DNA of 64,000 bases, from positions 1 through 64,000 of the forward strand of contig CAWAMW010000006.1 of assembly GCA_963783305.1 (NCBI GenBank), in the 5' to 3' direction. Both the position numbers and the translations under genes were made by a program. Positions 38,074 through 48,152 of the stretch are shown in pieces; within the stretch, counting starts at the first letter, position 1, and the number at the start of each line of letters is the position of its first letter. This stretch comes from an uncultured Gemmatimonadales bacterium. GTDB lineage: Bacteria > Gemmatimonadota > Gemmatimonadetes > Longimicrobiales > RSA9. Below the pieces are notes generated by a model. The model worked only from the letters and a program-made list of their open reading frames with translations, was not told where the DNA came from and searched no databases.

Positions 38074-39975
38074 CTACTCCGGCAGGACCCCGATCCGGAG
38101 CCGGGATGGGTGCTCCTTGGAGAAGTACACCCGCTGGGTGGCCGATACGAACGGGGCGCGGCTGTCGAGGTCGTACGGGTTGTCCACGTAGATGTGCGGG
38201 TTGATGTCGACCAGGGGGAACCAGGTGCTCTGGACCTGGACCATGATCCGGTGGCCCTTCCGGAAGGTGTGGAGCACGTCCTGAAGCGGCACGTCCACCC
38301 GCGTCACCTCCCCCGACCGGAACGGTTCCGGCTTGCTGGGTCCGTTCCGGTACCGGCCCCGGATCACGTCGCTCCGGACCATCATCTGATAGCCGCCGGT
38401 TCGGAACCCGGCCCGGTCCTCGGCGGCTGGCGAGTCCGGTGCATCGCCCGGGAACTCGTCGATGACCTTCACCACCCAGTCGCTGGCGGTCCCGGAGGTG
38501 GAGACGAAGAGCTCGGCGACGATGGGCCCGGCCAGCGTCACGTCATCCTCCAGCACGTCGGTCCGGTAGACCGCCACGTCCGGCCGCCGGGCGGCGAACC
38601 GCTGGTCCTCCGTCATGTACTCCCGGTTCATGCCGAGGGCGATCTCCCGGGTGTGGGGAACCGGTGTGGCGGGGTCGCTCGTCCACTCGTCGAAGGGGGA
38701 GCCGACGGGCGACCCGACGGCGGGGCCGGACCACGAGAGCGAGCCGCCCTCCCCAAGGTACAGCGAGCGCGGCTCCACGGCGGCTGGGGCCCACTCGGCG
38801 AATCGACGCCACTCGTTCCGGCCGGTGTCGAACATGGTGGCCTCCGCCAGCCCCGGGGCGGGCGCGTTCGCCAGGTGATGGCGGAACCAGGGGAGCTCGA
38901 TGCTGTCCTGGTAGAACTCCGACGTCCGCTGCCGGAACCAGGCGTCGCCCAGGCGGTCGCCGTCCGTCCGGGACCAGCCGCCGTGGACCCACGGCCCTTC
39001 CACGATCCGGGTGTCGGACGACGGGTCCAGCCCCTCGATCGCGCGGTAGATGGCCAGCGGGCCGTACAGGTCCTCGGCGTCGTACCAGCCGCCCACCACC
39101 AGGACGGCGGGGGCCACGTTGCGCAGGTGCGGCAGCAGGTTGCGCCGCTGCCAGAATTCGTCGTAATGGGGGTGGGCGATGATGGAATCCCAGAACGGGA
39201 CGCGGTGGCGGTACCACTCGTCGTTGATGTTCCCGAGGGGGCCGAGGTCGCGGGCTAACGCGTAGCCGTCGTCGGTGCCGTAGTCGAGCCGCTCGGGCCA
39301 CTCCGTGGTGGGCTCCGGGCGCGGCTGGCCGAAGGACCAGAAGAAGCCGAAGAAGTGCGAGAGGAAGAAGGCGCCGTTGTGGTGGAAGTCGTCGTACCAC
39401 CAGTCGGCGATGGGGGCCTGCGGTGACACCGCCCGGAGCGCAGGGTGGGCGTCGATCATTCCGGCGGCGCTGTAGAAGCCAGGGTAGGAGATCCCCCACT
39501 GGCCGACCCGTCCGTTGTGGCCGTCGACGTGGTCGAGCAGCCACTCGATGGTGTCGTAGGTGTCGGTGCTCTCATCGATGTCCGCCGGGCCGTCCTTCAC
39601 CGCGACGTGGGGCGTCATGTTGACGAAGTCGCCCTGGCTCATCATCCGGCCGCGCACGTCCTGATAGACGAAGATCCAGCCGAGGCGGGTGAAGGCGCCG
39701 TTCGGCCCCAGTGGCGCCCGGAACGCGTCCTCGCCGTATGGGGCGACGCTGTACGGAGTGCGGAAGAGCAGGATGGGGACCGGGCCGGCCGCGTCCTTCG
39801 GGGTGTAGATCGCGGTGAAGAGCTCCACGCCGTCCCGCATGGGGATGTGGACCTCCCGCTTCTCGTAATGGTCGCGGACGTACTCCGCGTCCACCTCCTG
39901 CGCGGCCAGGGGCGCGCCGGGGAGGACGAGCAGCAGGACGACCCGGGCGGCCCGGGCGAGCAGGCGGCGGTGCAT
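38074..39975 (-). CDS. CocE/NonD-family hydrolase
   Basis: IPMRDGV.L, RTPY, QDVRG...S.G, GISYPGF, VGGWYDAED, GPW.HG; signal peptide. Confidence 0.95.
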   Translation of the reverse strand: MHRRLLARAARVVLLLVLPGAPLAAQEVDAEYVRDHYEKREVHIPMRDGVELFTAIYTPKDAAGPVPILLFRTPYSVAPYGEDAFRAPLGPNGAFTRLGWIFVYQDVRGRMMSQGDFVNMTPHVAVKDGPADIDESTDTYDTIEWLLDHVDGHNGRVGQWGISYPGFYSAAGMIDAHPALRAVSPQAPIADWWYDDFHHNGAFFLSHFFGFFWSFGQPRPEPTTEWPERLDYGTDDGYALARDLGPLGNINDEWYRHRVPFWDSIIAHPHYDEFWQRRNLLPHLRNVAPAVLVVGGWYDAEDLYGPLAIYRAIEGLDPSSDTRIVEGPWVHGGWSRTDGDRLGDAWFRQRTSEFYQDSIELPWFRHHLANAPAPGLAEATMFDTGRNEWRRFAEWAPAAVEPRSLYLGEGGSLSWSGPAVGSPVGSPFDEWTSDPATPVPHTREIALGMNREYMTEDQRFAARRPDVAVYRTDVLEDDVTLAGPIVAELFVSTSGTASDWVVKVIDEFPGDAPDSPAAEDRAGFRTGGYQMMVRSDVIRGRYRNGPSKPEPFRSGEVTRVDVPLQDVLHTFRKGHRIMVQVQSTWFPLVDINPHIYVDNPYDLDSRAPFVSATQRVYFSKEHPSRLRIGVLPE

Positions 39976-40246
39976 GGCGATCTCCAGGAATGTCGGCCGG
40001 GGCTCCAGGCGCGGAAGGTGGGGGCGGGGCTGGAGCGCGGCAAGGGGATCCGCCGGGTTCCGCGCGTCTGACACCACGATGGCAGTCCGGGCGTGGCGGC
40101 GCCCCTGCGCCGGATATCCATTGATGTCCGCCTGCCCGGCACGTAAATAGGAGCAGCGCCCGTCCGTCACCCCCGGCCCCTCGCCCCGGACGGTCGCCTC
40201 ATGCAACCCCCCCGAGGGAGGGGCGGCCGCCCTGAAGGGAGCCCCC

Positions 40247-42391
40247 ATGCTCCAGGCACCCGTCATCCTCGACGCAGACATGTCCGTCATCGCGGCGCTG
40301 GGCCGCCTGCGGAGCTATCCCGGCCACGCGCTCGTGGTGGTCCGGCGACAGCGGGATCTCGAGATCTTCTTCCACGTCTTTACGGTCGAGGCCCTCCAGG
40401 AGGAGCTGAGGGCGGGAGCGCCCGCTCGGGGATCGACAGACACCGTTGGGCGCGTCCTGGGCCTGGACCTGCGACCGGCCTCTCCCACACGACAGCTCGA
40501 GGACGGCGACGCATCCGACGCGACGTTCGGCGGTGTGCTCCTGGACGGGTTGGCGATTCTCGGGGTCGTCCGGCCCGATGTGATCGCCCGGACCCGCGCG
40601 GCGGCCCCGCGGGTCCCCGAGGAGGCCGTCGGGCGGGGCGGGGGCTTCCTGGCCCGAATGGGGGGAGGGCTGGGGCACCGCCGGACCCGCGGCCGCGCCC
40701 CGGAGGCCGTGCCCCCTGGCATGACCGGGGACGGCGAGGCGCTGGGGGAGCTCGAGTCTACGCGCGCATGGACCGGCGAGGTCGCGCTCCCGTCTTCCAC
40801 GCTGGAGGAGGAAAGCGTCGCCGAACCCGCGGCCGCGCCGATGCGGCGGTTCGAGGCCCACCCCCGCCTGGAGCTGGAGCACGACGTGGTGGAGCCCGGC
40901 CAGCGGTTCGAGCTGACCGTCGGCCTCGCGCGGGAAGCGGTGCAGGGGGTGAGCGGAAGCCTGATCACGGCGTCGATCCCGTCGAACGCCCGTCACCTCG
41001 ACCTGGACGTGCAGGTCGTCGCCGACGAGTTCCAGGCGCCCGCCGGCTGGTACTTTCGCCTACGGGTACCCGTGGATGCGCCGGAATCGGCGCAGATCGC
41101 CGTTCCACTGGTGGCTCCGGAAGGCGAAGTCACCCGTCAGACGCTCCTGGAAGTGCACTTCTCGCACGCCGGGGCTCCCGCGGGGGTGGCGTTCCGGCGG
41201 ATCGGCGTCCGAGCGGCGGCTGTCCCGTCGGTCCCTGGGGCCGGGGAGCCGTGGCTCCGCCCTACGGCGGCGCCGGCGATTCTCATCGATCCGGCCGATC
41301 CGCCGCCTGACCTATGGATCACCATCTCGAAGCCCGACGGCAACGAGGCGACGGGGCGGTTCCTGTGGAGCTTCCAGTCGCCGCACGACATCGAGCTGCC
41401 CCGGAGCCCTCTGCCCATGGACCTGGGGCACGACGCGCCGACCTTCGCCGCCCGGATCGTGCGGCTCGTGACGGAGAACGAGGGGTCGGAGCTCATTGAC
41501 GAGGCGCTGGTGGGGCTGGGCCGCCAGATCGCGGAGAAGGCCCCGGCGGAGCTCGGCCTCGTGCTGAGCCGCCTCCGGGCGGCCATCCCGGCTTCCGACC
41601 GCGCGCCGACGATCCTGCTCCAGAGCGCGGAAGCCCACGTGCCGTGGGAGCTTGCACTTCTCGACGATCCGCCGGATCCGACCCTGCCGCCACTCCTGGG
41701 AGCCCAGTTCGCCGTCGGCCGCTGGCTCCTCGGGCCCCGGACCGTGCGGATCCCGCCCGCCCGGGAGGTGGTGGTGCGGTCCATGGTGGTCGTGGCCGGC
41801 GACTACAAGAGCAGTCGGCGGCTCCGGCTCCTGCCCCAGGCCGAAGCCGAGGGCGACGCACTGGTGGCGCGGTACGGCGCGGCCCGGATGGCCGCCACCG
41901 CGCCGGAGCTGAACCGGCTCCTGGCCGGCGACTCGCAGGCCATCCACTTCGCCTGCCACGGCGAGGTCGACCCGGGGGACCCCGCCACCGGCCGGATCTT
42001 CCTCGACGACGACCAGCCACTGGACCCCATCCACTTCCTCCAGGCGGAGGTGGGGCGGCGTCATCAGCCGTTCCTCTTCCTGAACGCCTGCCAGGTGGGC
42101 CAGGCCGGTGAGCTCCTGGGCGACTATGCCGGGTTCGCCGGCAGCTGCCTGCGCAATGCGTTCCGCGGCTTCATCGCGCCACTCTGGTCCGTGGACGATG
42201 AGATCGCCCACACCATCGCGCTGGAGTTCTACGAGTCCGCTTTCGGAGACGAGCACCGGGACCCGATCCCCGTGGGCGAGGTGCTGCGGCGGATCCGGGC
42301 GCGGTTCCCCCGCAACGACTCCGTCGCCCCCTCCACGTGGCTGGCGTACGTCTTCTACGGGAATCCCAACCTCATCCTGCGGAGGGCTTGA
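40247..42391 (+). CDS. CHAT-domain (caspase-like) protease with long N-terminal region
   Basis: VPWEL, HFACHG, FLNACQVG, APLWSVDD, YVFYGNP. Confidence 0.9.
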   Translation: MLQAPVILDADMSVIAALGRLRSYPGHALVVVRRQRDLEIFFHVFTVEALQEELRAGAPARGSTDTVGRVLGLDLRPASPTRQLEDGDASDATFGGVLLDGLAILGVVRPDVIARTRAAAPRVPEEAVGRGGGFLARMGGGLGHRRTRGRAPEAVPPGMTGDGEALGELESTRAWTGEVALPSSTLEEESVAEPAAAPMRRFEAHPRLELEHDVVEPGQRFELTVGLAREAVQGVSGSLITASIPSNARHLDLDVQVVADEFQAPAGWYFRLRVPVDAPESAQIAVPLVAPEGEVTRQTLLEVHFSHAGAPAGVAFRRIGVRAAAVPSVPGAGEPWLRPTAAPAILIDPADPPPDLWITISKPDGNEATGRFLWSFQSPHDIELPRSPLPMDLGHDAPTFAARIVRLVTENEGSELIDEALVGLGRQIAEKAPAELGLVLSRLRAAIPASDRAPTILLQSAEAHVPWELALLDDPPDPTLPPLLGAQFAVGRWLLGPRTVRIPPAREVVVRSMVVVAGDYKSSRRLRLLPQAEAEGDALVARYGAARMAATAPELNRLLAGDSQAIHFACHGEVDPGDPATGRIFLDDDQPLDPIHFLQAEVGRRHQPFLFLNACQVGQAGELLGDYAGFAGSCLRNAFRGFIAPLWSVDDEIAHTIALEFYESAFGDEHRDPIPVGEVLRRIRARFPRNDSVAPSTWLAYVFYGNPNLILRRA

Positions 42392-43896
42392 TGGACCGCT
42401 TCGACCTCCATGGCGGCGGCCGACCGGTCGATATCGGCGCGGGCTACGTCCTCCGGGCACCGGGGCTGGCAGGCGTGGGCGAGGTGTTCACGCCCCGACC
42501 GGGCCGAGCCGTAAGTCGCGCTGCCGCCCCCGCGACGCCGGAGTTGGAGGCGGCGTTCGCGAGTACGGACGTGGAGGAGGCCGCCACCATCGCGCTGGAG
42601 GTCCAATCCACCGCCCCGCCGGCCGGCGAGACGACGCTGCGATCGGCGGCGGGTCAGGAAGCGCTGGAGCTGGAGGTTCCCGACCTGGGTCCCGCGCGCG
42701 GGCAGATGATCCTCTCCATAGGCGAGAACGGGGTGGCCACCTGGCACTTCCCGGAGCCCGTTGCCGGACGCGGGACCGGCACCAGCAGGGGGGGAGGCCC
42801 GACGCGTCGGTTCCTGATCCCCAGCGAGCCGGTCCCGCCGCCGACCGCACCGGCCACGCACCGGGGCTTCGTCGGCGCCATTGGCCGGAAGCTCCTCAAG
42901 GTGCTGGTCTACCCGGTGACCGACGACCTGATCGGTGCGGCCGGGAACGCGTTCGCGGCCAGGTGGGAGGCCGGGCACCGTCCCTATCGGGTCCGCCGGT
43001 TCGCTCCCGAGAGCTACACGAGCCCGGACGTGCCCGACCTGGAGCCGGATGACTGGCGTGGCCTGGCGGATGGACCGGCCCTCCTCTTCGTTCACGGCAC
43101 CTTCAGCACCTCCCACGGCGCGTTCGGGGGCCTCCCGCTGGCTCTCGTCCAGGAGCTCGATCGTCGCTACGACGGGCGAGTCATCGCTTTCGACGCTCAC
43201 ACCCTATCGGAGGATCCCGTCCGGAACGCCGCTACCTTCCTGGCCGCGATCCCCGCCGGCGCCTCGCTCGAGCTGGACGTGGTCTGCCACAGCCGTGGCG
43301 GGCTGGTGTCCCGGCAGCTGGCGGCGCAGCGGGAGGCCGGCGGCGGCACCGCCGAGGTGCGACGGGGCGTGTTCGTGGGCGTTCCCAATGCCGGCACCGC
43401 CCTGGCCGATCCGGACCACCTGATCCACATGATCGACCGCTTCACCACGGCGATGCTGCTGATCCCCGGTGGACCGGTGACGGAGATCATGGAGGGCGTG
43501 ATCACGGCCGTGAAGGTACTCGGTCACGGGGTGGTGGGCGGCCTGCCCGGGCTGGCGGCCATGCGGCCGGGCGGCGAGCTGCTCCGTGGCCTGGCCGGGG
43601 TCCCCACAACGGGCGAGTGGTATGCCATCACCGCCGATTACGAGCCGCCGGCGGACACCCTGGGGAGGCTGGTCCGGACCACCGCGGTCGACCTCGTCAT
43701 GGATCGGGTGTTCGGCAGCGATCCAAACGACCTGGTCGTCCCGACGACCGGCGTATTCGAGGCGGAGGGAGCGGCCGGGTTCCCCATCCCCGAGGGCCGG
43801 ATCCAACGATTCGGGGCCGCCGCCGGGGTCACGCACACAACCTATTTCTCGGCGCCCGAAACCGTTCGGGCTCTAGAGAACTGGCTGCGGGGCTGA
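42391..43896 (+). CDS. Alpha/beta-hydrolase (lipase/PGAP1-like) with N-terminal extension
   Basis: FVHGTFS, CHSRGGLV, PNAGT.LA, NDLVVPT, THTTYF; TGATG coupling; no signal peptide. Confidence 0.85.
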   Translation: MDRFDLHGGGRPVDIGAGYVLRAPGLAGVGEVFTPRPGRAVSRAAAPATPELEAAFASTDVEEAATIALEVQSTAPPAGETTLRSAAGQEALELEVPDLGPARGQMILSIGENGVATWHFPEPVAGRGTGTSRGGGPTRRFLIPSEPVPPPTAPATHRGFVGAIGRKLLKVLVYPVTDDLIGAAGNAFAARWEAGHRPYRVRRFAPESYTSPDVPDLEPDDWRGLADGPALLFVHGTFSTSHGAFGGLPLALVQELDRRYDGRVIAFDAHTLSEDPVRNAATFLAAIPAGASLELDVVCHSRGGLVSRQLAAQREAGGGTAEVRRGVFVGVPNAGTALADPDHLIHMIDRFTTAMLLIPGGPVTEIMEGVITAVKVLGHGVVGGLPGLAAMRPGGELLRGLAGVPTTGEWYAITADYEPPADTLGRLVRTTAVDLVMDRVFGSDPNDLVVPTTGVFEAEGAAGFPIPEGRIQRFGAAAGVTHTTYFSAPETVRALENWLRG

Positions 43897-43913
43897 CCCG
43901 CGGAGGAGGCTGG

Positions 43914-46034
43914 ATGGCCAGGAACTACGAAAACTTCGACCTCGAGATCCGGGGCGGCGATGACGGCTACACCGTTCACCTCGTCTCACCGGCGGGACGG
44001 GTGACCGCGCCGTTCCGGATCCCCCTCACGGACCAGGAGCTCAAGATCCTGGGGCTCACCGTGGCCCGGGGTCGGCGGACCCGCGCGCTGGCCAGCACCC
44101 GCGAGGTGGACGAGGTAAAGGCGTACGGTCAGCGTTTGTTCGACGGGCTGTTCACCGGAGATGTCCTGGGAAGCTACCAGGCCAGCCTCGGCGGCCTCCG
44201 GGCAGACCGACATACGGGTCTCCGGATCCGGCTCCGTCTCACCGACGCGCCCGAGCTCGCTCAGATCCCCTGGGAATACCTGTACGATGCACCCAATCGG
44301 CGATTCCTCGCCCTGGAGGACGAGACCCCCATCGTCCGCTATCTCGACCTGCCCCTGCCGACCGGGCCCCTCCGGGTCGAGCCCCCGCTCCGGATCCTGG
44401 TCATGATCGCCAGCCCCGGGGACATCCCGCCCCTCGATGTGGCCGAGGAGTGGGCCCGTCTCAACCAGGCGCTGGCCGACCTGGTCCGGGCCGGCCACGT
44501 CGAGCTGCACCGGCTCGATCACGCCACCGTGTCCGGCCTCCGCTGGAAGCTCAAGGAAGAGGAGTTCCACGTCTTCCACTTCATCGGGCACGGCGGCGTG
44601 GACGGCCCCACTGGCCGGGGCGTGCTCATCTTCGAGGACACCGAGGGCCGCTCCGACGCCGTGGACGCCGAGACCGTCGCCGGACTCCTGTCCGCCGAGC
44701 GCACGCTCCGGCTGGCGGTTCTCAACGCCTGCGAGGGAGGACGGGCCAGCGCTGGCGACATCTACGCCGGAACCGCCCAGACCCTCGTCCAGCGGGACGT
44801 CCCCGCCGTCATCGCCATGCAGTTCGAGATCAGCGACGAAGCCGCCATCGCCCTCACCCACGACTTCTACAAGGCCCTCTCCCTCGGTGACCCCGTGGAC
44901 GCCGCCCTCACGGAGGCCCGGCGCGGACTGCGGTGGGAGCAACGGAACGAGCTGGAATGGGGCACGCCCGTCCTCTACACCCGCGCCGCCGACGGCCGGC
45001 TGTTCGATGTCACCGGCGAGGCCCGGCCGCCGGACGCGTCGACCCTCCCACCCGCACAGCCCCCGTCGGAGGTGGTGGAGGCCAGCGCGCCGGGACAGCG
45101 GCCCGCCACTCCCGAAGATCGAGACCGGGCACGACGGATCGCCGGTCTGATCCACGAGAGCCAGCTCGCGGTCTACTCGGAGCGTTGGGGTGACGCGGCG
45201 GCGCTCCTCCAGGAAGTTCTCGACCTGGAGCCGGAGCACGGCGAAGCCATCAAGCGGCTGGCGGCGGTGCGCCGGGAGGAGCAGGTCGCTACCCTCTACC
45301 GCACCGCCGCCGACCACCAGCAGGCGGGAGACATTGCCGCCGCCGTGGCCGGATTCGAGCGGGTCCGGGATATCGATCCCGAGTACAGAGGGGTGACGCA
45401 GCACATAAAGCTGCTTCAGAAGGAGCAGAAGGCCGCCCTGTCGTCCCGCAGAGTCGACACCGGCGCCGCTGACCGGAACGAGCGATCGCCGGATCGCAGC
45501 CCCCGATCACGCGCCCCGCGGATCGCGGCGGGAGCGGCCCTGGTCGTTGCGGGCGGATTGGCGTTCAGCGCGTGGTACGGCGAGCCGAGCGTGGTGCCCG
45601 TGCCGGTGCACACCCCGGCCGTGGTCGAGCCAGAGGCGCCGGACGCCCCGGCCTACGAGCCCCCGTACGAGCCGGATCCGGCTCCGGCGACCGTGGCGAG
45701 TCCGATGAACCGGGACGCAGAGGCCCGCCAGCTGGGGCTGGTCCCGGCCGGGTCAGCCCTCACCGGCAGACTGGCCGAGGGTGGGGAGCAGGTCTACGAC
45801 CTCCCGCTCCAGGCGGGAAACACCTACGTGATAGCCGGCTCCTGCAATGGGGCGTGCGAGGACCTCGACCTGGCGATGAGCGAGGTCGGCAACGTCATCG
45901 CCGTGGACGACCAGCTCGATGCCGAGCCGGTGGTGACGCTGGTGGTACTGGTAACCGCCACGTATCAGCTTCACGTCACCATGCCGGGCTGCGCCGCCGG
46001 GAGCTGCGCCTACCGGGTCCAGCCGTACCGCTGA
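43914..46034 (+). CDS. CHAT protease - TPR - TM - extracytoplasmic beta-domain protein
   Basis: IPWEYL, HFIGHG, LNACEG, AMQFEISD; TPR-like helices; TM IAAGAALVVAGGLAFSAW; C-terminal PPC-like domain (C..AC.DLDL). Confidence 0.9.
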   Translation: MARNYENFDLEIRGGDDGYTVHLVSPAGRVTAPFRIPLTDQELKILGLTVARGRRTRALASTREVDEVKAYGQRLFDGLFTGDVLGSYQASLGGLRADRHTGLRIRLRLTDAPELAQIPWEYLYDAPNRRFLALEDETPIVRYLDLPLPTGPLRVEPPLRILVMIASPGDIPPLDVAEEWARLNQALADLVRAGHVELHRLDHATVSGLRWKLKEEEFHVFHFIGHGGVDGPTGRGVLIFEDTEGRSDAVDAETVAGLLSAERTLRLAVLNACEGGRASAGDIYAGTAQTLVQRDVPAVIAMQFEISDEAAIALTHDFYKALSLGDPVDAALTEARRGLRWEQRNELEWGTPVLYTRAADGRLFDVTGEARPPDASTLPPAQPPSEVVEASAPGQRPATPEDRDRARRIAGLIHESQLAVYSERWGDAAALLQEVLDLEPEHGEAIKRLAAVRREEQVATLYRTAADHQQAGDIAAAVAGFERVRDIDPEYRGVTQHIKLLQKEQKAALSSRRVDTGAADRNERSPDRSPRSRAPRIAAGAALVVAGGLAFSAWYGEPSVVPVPVHTPAVVEPEAPDAPAYEPPYEPDPAPATVASPMNRDAEARQLGLVPAGSALTGRLAEGGEQVYDLPLQAGNTYVIAGSCNGACEDLDLAMSEVGNVIAVDDQLDAEPVVTLVVLVTATYQLHVTMPGCAAGSCAYRVQPYR

Positions 46035-46200
46035 GCCAGGGCGTCGGTCGCGCCCTGGACCCCTCCCGGACGGAGCACGAGCCATGGACACCGGGATCCT
46101 CTGCGTGGGCATGGTCGGATAGACGGTGGACGCGTAGCTGGCTCAGCTCGGGCAACCTGTCGCACTCGGCACCCGGGGGATGCGGTGGTGGGCGCGCGGG

Positions 46201-46578
46201 TCAGCCCCCGAGCAGGATCCCCGGCCTGGTCGTCCACCAGACCGCCGCGATGAGGACCAGCTGAAGCGGCAGTCGCAGCCACAGCCACACCGGCGCCACG
46301 CCGAACCCGGCACGGGCGGGCGCCACAGCCATGTAGACGTTGGCGGGGAATACAGCAACGAGAAGCGCCACCAGCCACAGGCCCGCCCACGGCCGGAGCG
46401 CCGGGACCAGCAGCGCCAGCCCCCCTACCACCTCCGCGACACCGCTGATGTAGACGAGCGCCCTGCGGTACCGCAGGAACGGCGGGACGATGCGGGCATA
46501 GGCCGCGGGGCGCACGAAGTGGAGGACGCCGGCAAGAACGAAGACCACGGCGAAGAAGTAGACGAACAGGCTCCTCAT
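46201..46578 (-). CDS. DoxX-like membrane protein
   Basis: AGVLHF..P..Y..IVPP, SGVAE..GG, AVFPANVYMA, RLPLQ. Confidence 0.85.
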   Translation of the reverse strand: MRSLFVYFFAVVFVLAGVLHFVRPAAYARIVPPFLRYRRALVYISGVAEVVGGLALLVPALRPWAGLWLVALLVAVFPANVYMAVAPARAGFGVAPVWLWLRLPLQLVLIAAVWWTTRPGILLGG

Positions 46579-46887
46579 GGGCCGAACCGAGGTGCGACGG
46601 GCGCTCTCCGGGCCGGGCGGGTCCGCCCGCACGGGTGCGCGCCTCGGCCGTGGGGATCAGCCTTGGACATGGAGCGTGTGGGCACGTGGAGGAGGGTTCG
46701 GGGGGAGCCGCGGAAGCCAGAGTAAGGTAGGGGGCGCCGTCGGTTCTTCCAAGAGTGGAAATACGCCGGTCCCGAATGAGTGCGGTGTGATCAGCTCGAC
46801 CCGTTGCGCCATGGATGCGCGCCGGCGGCGGCGGTACTTTGTGGGCACTACCCGACCTGGAGCTGCGCCCACTCTCGCCGCCTGACT

Positions 46888-47610
46888 ATGCAACCCTCGC
46901 CCTTCTCTCCCGAGCTCTTCGCCTTCTTCCGTGAGCTGCATGCCAACAACCGCAAGGACTGGTTCGAGGCGAACCGGTCGCGATACGAGGAGCACGTCCT
47001 CGATCCGTCCAGGGTCTTCGTCCTGGCGTTCCGCTCGAAGCTGCGGGCGATCAGTCCGGAGTTCCAGGCTGAGCCGCGGGTGCAGGGAGGCTCGCTCTTC
47101 CGGATCCACACGAACCGGCGATTCAATCCGGACCGGCCCCCGTACAAGACCCACGCGGGGATCCAGTTCCGCCACCTGGGCGGTGGCAGCGCCGGCGACG
47201 TCCATGGGCCCGGCTTCTACCTCCACCTCGAGCCAACGGGCGGGACGGAGGGCGGGGAAGGGGGCTGCTTCATGGGGCTGGGGAGCTGGCGGCCGGATCG
47301 GGACGCGCTGGCCGCGATCCGGGACCGCATCGTGGAGGACCCGGACTCGTGGATCGGGGCGACCCGCCAGGACGCCGGCTTCTCGTCCACCTTCCGGCTG
47401 GGCGGCGACCGCCTGGTGCGCGGCCCGGTGGGCTACGACCGCGGCCACCCGCTGATCGACGACATCAAGCGGAAGGACTTCATCGCCATCGCGGAACTGA
47501 CCGAGGACGACGTGGTGAGCGACGGCTTCGTAGAATCCTTCGCCGGGAGGTGCCGGTCGGGCGCGCCGTTCGTACGCTGGCTGTGCGAGGCGGTCGGCGT
47601 CGCATTCTAG
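46888..47610 (+). CDS. DUF2461 (TIGR02453) family protein
   Basis: FF.EL..NN.KDWF..NR..Y, FRI....RF..D..PYKT, PGFYLHLEP, P.GY...HP. Confidence 0.9.
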   Translation: MQPSPFSPELFAFFRELHANNRKDWFEANRSRYEEHVLDPSRVFVLAFRSKLRAISPEFQAEPRVQGGSLFRIHTNRRFNPDRPPYKTHAGIQFRHLGGGSAGDVHGPGFYLHLEPTGGTEGGEGGCFMGLGSWRPDRDALAAIRDRIVEDPDSWIGATRQDAGFSSTFRLGGDRLVRGPVGYDRGHPLIDDIKRKDFIAIAELTEDDVVSDGFVESFAGRCRSGAPFVRWLCEAVGVAF

Positions 47611-47697
47611 CGCTTCCGCCCTCGCGGCGGCTGCAGATGCACATGCCGCCGGCCCCAGGAGGCCGGCGGCATCCGTTCCCGCTGGGCGAGCGGGGCG

Positions 47698-47913
47698 CTA
47701 GTCCGTCCGCTCCTTCTCGAGCTCCGCCCGGCGCTTCTCCTCGCGCGCTTCCCGGGCCTTCTCCTGGGCGCGGGCCTCGTCCTGCTCCGCCCGGCCCTTC
47801 TTCTGCTCCAGCTTACCTTCCCGCTCCATCTCACGGTCGCCCAGAAGCTCTCCCGCCTTCTCCTTCATCTTGCCGCCGACGTGTTCCGCCTTGCCCGCTG
47901 CCTCGTCCGCCAT
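47698..47913 (-). CDS. CsbD-family stress protein
   Basis: GK.E..GGK.KE..G.L.GD..ME.EGK.EQ..G..; GAGGAGGAG RBS. Confidence 0.85.
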   Translation of the reverse strand: MADEAAGKAEHVGGKMKEKAGELLGDREMEREGKLEQKKGRAEQDEARAQEKAREAREEKRRAELEKERTD

Positions 47914-48152
47914 GGTGCTCCTCCTCGATGGGGGTCTCGGATCCGTCTCCTCAGCGTAAAAAAGGGCAAGGCGCATGCCGACGCCGCGGGGCTGAGGGGT
48001 GACGGTTCGCTTTCCCAAACCACGCCCCGGAACGAGGGAGCTCGTGATCAATGCTCTCACCAATGCGGTGGGGAACGACCGTAGAGGAGTCCTTGCCTCG
48101 CCACCGCTCTAGCATGTATTCTACATTATGTTAAAAACATGACAGAGCGCGT

